A stretch of DNA of 64,000 nt, taken from NCBI GenBank assembly GCA_046484865.1, contig JAWOID010000061.1, positions 1-64,000 on the forward strand. The letters run 5' to 3'. Made by a program: the position numbers and the translations under genes. Each line of letters opens with the position of its first letter. Within the stretch, counting starts at the first letter, position 1. Below the pieces are notes generated by a model. It searched no databases. It worked only from the letters and a program-made list of their open reading frames with translations, and had not been told where the DNA came from. Below are positions 56,527 through 64,000 of the stretch, one piece after another. The stretch is from Candidatus Krumholzibacteriia bacterium (GTDB lineage Bacteria; Krumholzibacteriota; Krumholzibacteriia; LZORAL124-64-63).

Positions 56527-59500
56527 TCACTTGACAAGTGCCAGCGCGCGCGTACGCGCCTCGCCGCCGACTCGCAGGCGGCACAGGTACGTACCCGCGG
56601 CCAGGGCCCTGCCGGCATCGTCACGGCCCCGCCACACGAACTCGTGCCGCCCGGGCGGCAAGGGCTCGTCGACGAGCGTGGCGATGCGGTGGCCGCGCAG
56701 ATCGAAGATCGCCAGGTGGACCGGCTCGGTGAGGTCACCCGGCAGCTCGAACGCGATGGTGGTCGCCGGATTGAACGGGTTCGGCCGCGCCGGCAACAGG
56801 CGCAGCCCGGAACGCGCCGCCGGCACGGCCGCGTCGACGCCCAGAGGATCGGGAAGGCCGTCGCCGTTCCCATCCACCGTCAAGGTCCAGACCGTGTCGA
56901 TCGTGGGCAGGACTGCGGCGGCGTTGCTGGGAGCCGAGTCGCCGCCCAGCGATCCCTGGGGCTCGGGATCCCAGCACAGGGACGCCACCAGCGCGATCTG
57001 CGCACCGGCCGGCACCCGCCCGTCGCCCAGGCCGTAGAGAGTGTGCCAGGGAATCGCCAGTTCGCTGCCGCCGGCGTCCCCATGGGCATGGAAGGAGTCG
57101 AAGGCCGAGATCAGCTCGCCCGAGCGGTCCAGGGTGGCGGTGGGCGACAGGATCTGCCACAGCCCGTCGCCATCGTACACCGACTGGTGCTGGTAGCAGC
57201 CGTACTGGAAGTCCGCCGCGAATCCGGCGGCCGTGAACACCGTCCCGCGCTCCCAGGAGTCGATCGCCGAGAGGTCGGTCTGGCCGTGGCCCGAGCCGGG
57301 GTCGACGTCCAGGTAGAGCAGCCACGAGTTCTTGGTGACGATCCCGTCCACCGCCAGATAGAGGTAGGTGCTGTCCCACCCCGCATGAAGTCCGTCGATC
57401 TCGTTGGCGGCGGTCCACGCGGAATCGTTCGAATCGTCGAGGGCGTGAGCGAACCCCCACTCGCCGGGCTCGAGGCGGCCGTCCACGGCGATGCGGGTGC
57501 TGACCACCGCCACCGCCACCGAATCGGCCGCGTCGACCGCCGGGCCGGGCACGCCGCCGACGTCGGTGGCGGCGCCCGCCGCGACGAGCAGGCGCAGGTC
57601 GCCGGGGGGCAGGGCCGCGATCGCGTCGCTGGTCGCCTGGTCGAGCAGGAACGTGAGCACGAAGGCGGCGGCGGTCTCGGCCACCGGCGTGGCCGGCGGC
57701 AGGGCGACCTCGGCCACGTCGTCGGCGTCGGCGTCGACGCCGAACCCGGCCGCCGAGATGCCGGCCGGAGCAGCGGTCTGATCGAAGGTGACCCGCAGCC
57801 GGCGCGCCCCGGCGTTGAACTCGGCCGCCACGGCGCCCGGGCCGATGGTGTCGACCAGCGCGTCGGCGAGGGCCCGCAGCTCGACGATCTCGCCGTCCGG
57901 GCCGGGCGCGGCCGTGGCGCCTGCGAACAGCCGCAGCTGCAGGGTGCCGCTGCCCTGGACCTCGTCGCCCTTCATGAGAGTGCCCGAGAAGTCGCGCTGG
58001 TGGGCGAAGCCGCCGTCGCCCACGATCCAGGCGGCCGTGACGCCCGTGTTCGGGTTGCGCTGCCCCATGTAGGCGGCGTCCGGCGCCCAGACCCGCTGCA
58101 GTTCGGCGTTCCAGACCAGGTCGACCAGCGACGGCGAGAAGCCCGCCTGCACCCAGTGGGTGGCCGGCCCCACGCGGTAGATCGCGTCCAGGAACCGGTC
58201 GCCCGGCGCGAGCACGATCTCCTTCGCCACCTCGGCGCGCGTGAAGCGCACCCGCGCCCGCGGGGCGCCGCCGGGGGTTCCCGCCTCGAGGATCTCGACC
58301 GCGTACGGGTCGTGCTGGTAGTTCGGGCTGACGTCGCTGAAGGCGCCCACGTGGTTGTCGTCGTTGTAGTCGGCCTCGGTCCCGCTCCAGTAGGCGTTGT
58401 CGACCCCGATCGCGGTGTCGTCCAGGCCCGCCCCGCGCACGAACAGGTGCGTGCAGCGGCCGCCGGTGGTCTCGAACACCGCGAGCAGGTTCTCGTTGTG
58501 AACGACACATTCCTGGTAGCCGTCGTTGTCGACGTCCGCGAGATACGCGGCACAGCTCGCGAGGTACTCGCCCGCCGCCCAGTGCGCCGCCTCCGCGAAG
58601 ATCGACGCGTTCTTGATGTGCGCGCTGTACTTGTGCTGCCAGCCGGAGATCGGCCCGCCCATGGAGTCGTGCCAGCCGGTCTCGTGCAGGTTGGTCATCA
58701 GCACGTACCAGCCCGCCTGCGAGACGTTGTTGTCGGGCGCCGCCATGAGCGCGGCGAAGGCGTCGTTCCAGAGCGTGCCGTAGTCCTTGCAGTTGCCGCC
58801 GCCGGCGCAGCCGCCGCTGCCGTCGCCTCCGTTGGCGCCGGGGATCCAGCCCGCCCAGTGCGTGTACCAGCCGTTGTCCCCGCCGCCGTATCCACCGGTG
58901 CCGCCGATCTCGACGTACGTCCCCGGGGCGGGCGAGAACGTGTCGCCGGTGAAGTCGGGGTTGCCGAGCGCGTCGGCGAGCTTCCAGGTGTGCAGCCACG
59001 CGCTCTCGTCGTGGCACTTCTGCACGAACCAGTCGTAGGTCTCCTTGGCGAACGGGGTGACATCGGCCCACATGCCGATCTCCGCGGGCGCCTCCCAGTC
59101 CTCCGCGAACACCGCGATGCGGTACTGCCCCACGCCGGAGCCGGCGAGCCCGGTCAGGATGTCCAGCGCCCCCTGCCCGTTGCCGCCGATGATGTTGCCG
59201 GTGAACTGGCGGTCGCGCGGGATCAGCCGCAGGCCGTTCGCCGCCAGCGTGTGGATCTGGTGGTTGTCGTGGCCGGCCAGGTGGACGTCGTCGTCGAGGA
59301 TCACGCCCCAGATGCCGTGCGGCTGCCAGTCGTCGCCGATCCAGTCGCTCACGCCCGCGGACGGGTAGCCGCTCGTGTTCAGCCACACGCGCTCCGGGAC
59401 CCAGGCCACGCGCGGCGTGTCGCCGTAGCGCGACGCGGTCATGGCAGCGTGGATCGATACCGACCAGTCGTTCATCGCGTCCTGGACGAACGGCATGATG

Positions 59501-60495
59501 TGCTGCCCGTAGGCCGACGCCACCATGCCGGCCCAGCCGGCGCTCACGCCGGTCGCGAGCCAGGCGTTGAAATCGAGCGGATCGCCGTTGTTCGCCGACC
59601 ACTCGGCCGCCGACTGCAGCGTGCCCGAGAGGTGGAAGTTGCCGGGCACGCCGGTCGCCTGGTGGATCTGCAGCGCCTCGTCGAACCCGGAGCCGTCGAG
59701 GGCGTCGGGGCGCCCGTGGAACACGTCGGTGTAGCCGAGCCCCTGGTTGCCGTGCAGGACGAGCGCGCAGTGCGCCTCGTAGGCCTTGTCGGGGGGGTAG
59801 GTGGCCTCGATGCGGTCGGCAATGCGGCTAGTTGAGCCGTCTGGGCCTTCGGTCGCGGTGGCGGCGTCCGGGTCGCCGGCGCTGCCGATCGCCGCGAGCA
59901 CGGACGTGGTCACGACCACGCGCAGGGGGGCGTCGGCGCGGGCGTCGTCCACCCAGGCGGCGGGCAGGGCCAGGCGGAAGGCGTCGGGGTCGCCGGGTAG
60001 CGCGGGGTCGCTGCCGAGCGCCTTCAGCGCCGCTGCATCGCCGTCGGCGCGGCGGATCGTGAACCGGTCGCCGTCACGCGCGAGTTCCAGCCGCGCCAGG
60101 GTCGCGAGGCGCCCTGCGGCGGCCTCGGGCCCCGCCTCGGCTGCCGCCTCGGCGCCGGCGGCGGCCCCCGCGGCGGCCCCGGCGGCGGCCTCCACCCGCA
60201 GTTCCACCACGGCGGGGACCTCGGACGCCGTAGCCGCGGCGGCGACGGGGGCCGTCACGTCGAGCGCGAGCAAGGAGACGCGCAGTTGCGGCCCCGCGGG
60301 CGTGTGGTGGAGGGTGAGCGCCAGCAGGTCCGCGGCGGCGGGTGTGTCCGGCTCACCGACACGATCCACGGCCAGGACGGTCACTGGCTCGCTCTCCGGT
60401 GTCTCGGCGGCTGCCGCTGGACCGGCGATCAGGGCGACGAGGCCGAGAAGTGCGGAGAATGGCAGAAACTGGAGAAAAGGGCAACGCGACGACAT
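56527..60495 (-). CDS. Secreted GH57-family glycoside hydrolase (alpha-amylase/4-alpha-glucanotransferase-like) with a FlgD-Ig/T9SS-like C-terminal domain
   Basis: GH57-like regions HGNQ, NFHLSGTL, WVPERVW (nucleophile Glu), ILDDDVH, FAEDWE (acid/base Asp), DVDNDG; C-terminal PNPFNP.T.I.F...FDLRG...GTYL. Confidence 0.8.
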   Translation of the reverse strand: MSSRCPFLQFLPFSALLGLVALIAGPAAAAETPESEPVTVLAVDRVGEPDTPAAADLLALTLHHTPAGPQLRVSLLALDVTAPVAAAATASEVPAVVELRVEAAAGAAAGAAAGAEAAAEAGPEAAAGRLATLARLELARDGDRFTIRRADGDAAALKALGSDPALPGDPDAFRLALPAAWVDDARADAPLRVVVTTSVLAAIGSAGDPDAATATEGPDGSTSRIADRIEATYPPDKAYEAHCALVLHGNQGLGYTDVFHGRPDALDGSGFDEALQIHQATGVPGNFHLSGTLQSAAEWSANNGDPLDFNAWLATGVSAGWAGMVASAYGQHIMPFVQDAMNDWSVSIHAAMTASRYGDTPRVAWVPERVWLNTSGYPSAGVSDWIGDDWQPHGIWGVILDDDVHLAGHDNHQIHTLAANGLRLIPRDRQFTGNIIGGNGQGALDILTGLAGSGVGQYRIAVFAEDWEAPAEIGMWADVTPFAKETYDWFVQKCHDESAWLHTWKLADALGNPDFTGDTFSPAPGTYVEIGGTGGYGGGDNGWYTHWAGWIPGANGGDGSGGCAGGGNCKDYGTLWNDAFAALMAAPDNNVSQAGWYVLMTNLHETGWHDSMGGPISGWQHKYSAHIKNASIFAEAAHWAAGEYLASCAAYLADVDNDGYQECVVHNENLLAVFETTGGRCTHLFVRGAGLDDTAIGVDNAYWSGTEADYNDDNHVGAFSDVSPNYQHDPYAVEILEAGTPGGAPRARVRFTRAEVAKEIVLAPGDRFLDAIYRVGPATHWVQAGFSPSLVDLVWNAELQRVWAPDAAYMGQRNPNTGVTAAWIVGDGGFAHQRDFSGTLMKGDEVQGSGTLQLRLFAGATAAPGPDGEIVELRALADALVDTIGPGAVAAEFNAGARRLRVTFDQTAAPAGISAAGFGVDADADDVAEVALPPATPVAETAAAFVLTFLLDQATSDAIAALPPGDLRLLVAAGAATDVGGVPGPAVDAADSVAVAVVSTRIAVDGRLEPGEWGFAHALDDSNDSAWTAANEIDGLHAGWDSTYLYLAVDGIVTKNSWLLYLDVDPGSGHGQTDLSAIDSWERGTVFTAAGFAADFQYGCYQHQSVYDGDGLWQILSPTATLDRSGELISAFDSFHAHGDAGGSELAIPWHTLYGLGDGRVPAGAQIALVASLCWDPEPQGSLGGDSAPSNAAAVLPTIDTVWTLTVDGNGDGLPDPLGVDAAVPAARSGLRLLPARPNPFNPATTIAFELPGDLTEPVHLAIFDLRGHRIATLVDEPLPPGRHEFVWRGRDDAGRALAAGTYLCRLRVGGEARTRALALVK

Positions 60496-60737
60496 CGGGG
60501 CGACCTCGCAGGTGTTCGAGAGCATCGTTGCGCGCCCCCGACTATATCACAAACCGCGAGCTGTCTTGCGGGGATTGTGGCTGCGAAGTTCGTGGGTAGC
60601 GGGCTGTTGCGGAGACACACGCAAAGGTGGCGATAAGCGGTGGTACGGTGGGAGTCCCCCCGGATCGCGATCATGGCCAGACCGCTCGTCCTGGCCTCGG
60701 TCGAGACCGCCGTTCGCGAGGGGCGCACGCCGTCGAG

Positions 60738-60781
60738 CGATCCTCCGCCCCACCCCACCTTCTAACCCCTTGACGCTCCCC
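60738..60781. repeat. Direct repeat copy 1 (degenerate copy of the malG-like 3' end)
   Basis: CGATCCTCCGCCCCACCCCACCTTCTAACCCCTTGACGCTCCCC. Confidence 0.85.
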
Positions 60782-60922
60782 GCCGCGCGTCGTTCCCCGC
60801 AGGGGAGGTCGCCGGCCTCGGAAGAACCTGCCATCGATCCATGGCTTTCGTGATATACTCCGAACACCTCGCCCCGATCGCTCGCCCTCGCATGTGGATC
60901 ACGCCTGCCCTGGGAGGCCGCC

Positions 60923-63337
60923 ATGGTCGCCAGAATCTGCTTTTGGGCGATCCTCGTGTTCTCGATCTCGGCCGAGACCGCACGGGCCCTGCCAGCTACC
61001 GGTCTCCCCACGAACGGGACTGAGCTGGGAGCCGAACGCTGGTGCTACGACTACGCAGCGCACAACGGAGTGATCTCTCACGTCCGGCTTCCCTTCAAGG
61101 TCCACCAGCTGGCCGTCGACGGGAACATCGCGTACATGCTCCAGGAATGGCCCCCTGCGCTGAAGGTGATCGATCTGGCCCGGCTCGAGGAGCCCGTGGA
61201 ACTGAGCACCGTTCCGATGAGCGACTTCCCTAACCAGCTCTCCCTCGTGGACGGACGACTGTACGTCGGTTCGCAGCAGGGACTCCGGATCATCGACGTC
61301 GCCGTCCCCGGCGCACCGGTCATCCTCGGCTATCTCGAGCTCAACGCCATCTATGACTGGGTCGTGCGCGGCGACTGCATCTACGTGGCGAACGGATACC
61401 GTACATTCAGCGTGGTCTCCGTGGCGGATCCCGCCGCTCCCGCAGTCGTCGCCAGCTTACCTGTCGCGGGGACCGCGTGCGAGGTGCTCCTGCACGGCGA
61501 GCACGTGATCCTCTCGGATCGGCAATCCCTGCGGATCTACGACGTGACCACACATGACAGTCCGTTGCAGGTGGGGATGTTGGAGGCGGACTGGACCCCG
61601 TGGGACGCCGTCATGATCGGGGATCTCGCAGTCTTCGCTGCGCGCGACGCCGGCCTGCGGATCGTCGACGTCTCCGATCCTGCGCATCCGCGGGAGGGGC
61701 CGTCCTTCACCGGGATCGATTGCTTCCGGGTGGCCGGCGCCGGCGGGCACTGCTTCTTTTCCGACCCGGAGCGGGGTCTGGGCAGCGTCGACTTGACCGA
61801 GCTGCCCGAATTCGAACCACGCCCGTTCGTGACGTATTGCTCGGATGTGTACGCCATCATCCCTCGCGAGGATCTGCTGCTGCTCCAGGTGCGCAGCCGG
61901 GATCTCGTGCTGTTCGATCCGCGCGTGGCTCCGCCTCGGCTGGTGCCGGAACCGCTGCTGCCTGACCTGGGGTTCACCCGCTGGAACCTGGTGTCCCACG
62001 GGGCATTCGTCTACGCCTCTTACCGGACGGGAGTCGCGTCACGGCATCAGCAGGGCATGGAGATCATCCATGCTCCCCCGGGACGAGCGGCCGTGACCAT
62101 GTCGCGGGTCCCGCTGACAGCCGTGCCGTGTGCAACCGTGATCCGGGGCAACGTAGCGTATGTCGCCTCGGTGTCGGACGGCCTGGTGATCATCGACGTG
62201 AGCGACCGCGAAGCCCCGACGATTTTCGCACGGCTGGAACGATGGCCGGTTGCGGGAGCATCGGATGTGGACGTGGTCGGCGCGACCGCGTACGTGAGCA
62301 CCGCGATGGTGGGCAACTTGGACGGTCGCGTGGTGGCGGTGGACGTCGGCGATCCTGAACGTCCCCGCGTGCTGAGCAGCATCCCGATGGCCGGCAACGT
62401 GAATTTGGTGACTGCTGACGAGCACAGGATCATGGCCTACAACGCCAGTTTCCTGCGTATCCTGACGGATGAAGGCCGGACGAGCGGGGCCGAACATTCG
62501 CTGAGGCTGCGAGGCTCCATCCACCTGGACGAAGGACCGCCTCAGTCGTTGCTCATGCGGGGAGACGTCGTCTACGTCGCGACGACTCGTTGCGTCCACG
62601 TCGTCGACGTGTCCGATCCGGACGATCCTCGTCTCCTGAGCCGCTGGCTGCCTATCGACACCGATATGTATGTCACCCAGGCCGACCTGTGCGACGACAT
62701 CCTCTATCTCGGCGCGCTCCGCCACGGGACCTCGATCGTGGACGTGAGCGATCCGAGAAGCCCGCAGCTGCTGGGCTTCATCCCGACCGACGCCAAGGTC
62801 ACGGGTGTGGCCGCCCGGAGCTTGCCGCCTGCGCCCGAAACCCAGGAGGGTCGGGTGATCTCGGACGGCCCGGGGCGCAGCCGCGGGGTTGCTCGACCGG
62901 AGCGGCTGTTCGTCAGCTACTACGACGGTGCCTCCGAGGCCTGGCCCATCCAGTGCTCCGGCCGATCGGTCCCGCCACCCGACGATCCCGTCCCGCCCCG
63001 GCCGCAGGCGACCTTGCGGGTCGATTGCAGCGGAGGCCTCTCCGGGATCCCCGGCACGTCGGCTTCCGCAGCGGTGGGGAACGCCGTGCTCACCGGGAAT
63101 GGCCAGGCGACGATTCGCTTCGCGCTCGATCGCCCGCAGACCATCCGGTTGCGCGTGTACGATCTGGCCGGCCGGCGCGTCGCCGATCTGGCGGACGGCT
63201 GGCGCGCCGCCGGGCCACAGGTCGTGAACTGGTCCGGTCGCGACCGCCAGGGGCGGTCGGTCCCCAGCGGCATCTACCTGCTGCGGCTGGAAACCGCGTC
63301 GGGGACCCTCGGCGCCAAGCTGCCGGTCGTGCGGTGA
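60923..63337 (+). CDS. Secreted LVIVD-repeat beta-propeller protein with a FlgD-Ig/T9SS-like C-terminal domain
   Basis: Many GL.IVDVSDP..P repeats; C-terminal VYDLAGRRV...WSGRD..G..VPSGIYLLRL. Confidence 0.88.
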   Translation: MVARICFWAILVFSISAETARALPATGLPTNGTELGAERWCYDYAAHNGVISHVRLPFKVHQLAVDGNIAYMLQEWPPALKVIDLARLEEPVELSTVPMSDFPNQLSLVDGRLYVGSQQGLRIIDVAVPGAPVILGYLELNAIYDWVVRGDCIYVANGYRTFSVVSVADPAAPAVVASLPVAGTACEVLLHGEHVILSDRQSLRIYDVTTHDSPLQVGMLEADWTPWDAVMIGDLAVFAARDAGLRIVDVSDPAHPREGPSFTGIDCFRVAGAGGHCFFSDPERGLGSVDLTELPEFEPRPFVTYCSDVYAIIPREDLLLLQVRSRDLVLFDPRVAPPRLVPEPLLPDLGFTRWNLVSHGAFVYASYRTGVASRHQQGMEIIHAPPGRAAVTMSRVPLTAVPCATVIRGNVAYVASVSDGLVIIDVSDREAPTIFARLERWPVAGASDVDVVGATAYVSTAMVGNLDGRVVAVDVGDPERPRVLSSIPMAGNVNLVTADEHRIMAYNASFLRILTDEGRTSGAEHSLRLRGSIHLDEGPPQSLLMRGDVVYVATTRCVHVVDVSDPDDPRLLSRWLPIDTDMYVTQADLCDDILYLGALRHGTSIVDVSDPRSPQLLGFIPTDAKVTGVAARSLPPAPETQEGRVISDGPGRSRGVARPERLFVSYYDGASEAWPIQCSGRSVPPPDDPVPPRPQATLRVDCSGGLSGIPGTSASAAVGNAVLTGNGQATIRFALDRPQTIRLRVYDLAGRRVADLADGWRAAGPQVVNWSGRDRQGRSVPSGIYLLRLETASGTLGAKLPVVR

Positions 63338-63713
63338 CGAGCGCATTCGGGACCTAGGCTAGGGGTCCGCGACAGACGGTCGGCGGTCGCTCGGCTGGTG
63401 GCCGCTGCATGGGGTCGGCCGTTCTGGTCGGGGTTACGTCAGCGGCGGAAGCTCCGGCGGCTGGCCGGCTGTCCGGAGGATGGGAGAGACTCTATCGGCT
63501 CGGCCGAGCAGCGGTCCCGTGCCCGAGGGTCTCGAGTTGCTCGAGTTCCTCAAGGAAGACAGCACGAAGCTGCCCGGAAAAAGGGACGGGTTGGTCTTCT
63601 TCGTAGCGCCAGTCGATACCCTCTGAAGCCTGCCATGATCTTTTGGATTTTTGCCAGAAGCCTCTACACGCCCCCCTTCCCGTTTGGTGACAAGCGCGGC
63701 CTACCCCGTCCGT

Positions 63714-63756
63714 CGATCCTCCGCCCCACCCCACCTTCTACCCCTTCACACTCCCC
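63714..63756. repeat. Direct repeat copy 2 (overlaps the permease stop codon)
   Basis: CGATCCTCCGCCCCACCCCACCTTCTACCCCTTCACACTCCCC. Confidence 0.85.
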
Positions 63757-64000
63757 AACGTGAGCCCCGAGACCAGGAACCGGTTCAGCACCAGGAACAG
63801 CCCCACCACCGGAATGCACACCAGCAGCGAACCGGCGGCGTAGTTCGCCCACTCGGTCTGGAAGGTGGTGAACAGCGACTCCAGCCCCAGCGGCAGGGTC
63901 ATCCGGTCGGCGCTCGTGAGCATCACCCGGGCCACCATGAACTCGCTCCAGCCGGCCATGAAGCTGAACAGGCCGGTGATCACCAGGGCGGGGGCGCTCA
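63738..64000 (-). CDS. malG: Sugar ABC transporter permease (MalG-like), 3' part only; runs off the window
   Basis: FSFMAGWSEF, TLPLGL, WANYAAGSLL..IP, VSGLTLGSVKG-stop. Confidence 0.85.
   Translation of the reverse strand, partial: SAPALVITGLFSFMAGWSEFMVARVMLTSADRMTLPLGLESLFTTFQTEWANYAAGSLLVCIPVVGLFLVLNRFLVSGLTLGSVKG

Noticed and set aside
63338..63713. Small ORFs, ncRNA or integrase remnant in the gap after the LVIVD gene
   Set aside because: No recognisable protein motif, RBS or RNA structure.

Overview
Very GC-rich bacterial DNA with about 40 real genes; most of the ORF track is antisense or frame-shadow ORFs. Seven large secreted proteins end in a FlgD-Ig/T9SS-like C-terminal domain, and one small protein ends in a '...SLSDVKKIYR' tail. 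This suggests an FCB-superphylum candidate lineage such as Krumholzibacteriota/Latescibacterota (inference). In order, the window holds: a REP-like palindrome array abutting a 5'-truncated Npt/TLC-like transporter; a PAS hybrid kinase; an M14 carboxypeptidase; housekeeping genes (YceI, CDGSH, CPBP, BtuF-like, pcm); a lipoprotein SBP/HAMP kinase/sigma54 regulator operon followed by two palindromic enhancer-like sites, a -24/-12 promoter and a TPR gene; Hpt, NYN-LOTUS, aminopeptidase and radical SAM genes; a Rossmann-PAS kinase and ferritins; two complete 2-oxoacid dehydrogenase operons back to back (pdhABC-lpdA-lplA and aceEF-lpdA); a secreted-enzyme cluster (M6 protease, FG-GAP protein, multicopper oxidase); a tryptophanase-family lyase lacking the catalytic Tyr; and an alpha-glucan locus (MalG-like permease, secreted GH57, multi-CBM protein) interrupted by an LVIVD gene flanked by a duplicated malG 3' end. 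No rRNA, tRNA, cas genes or transposases were seen. All calls come from reading motifs by eye; no searches were run.
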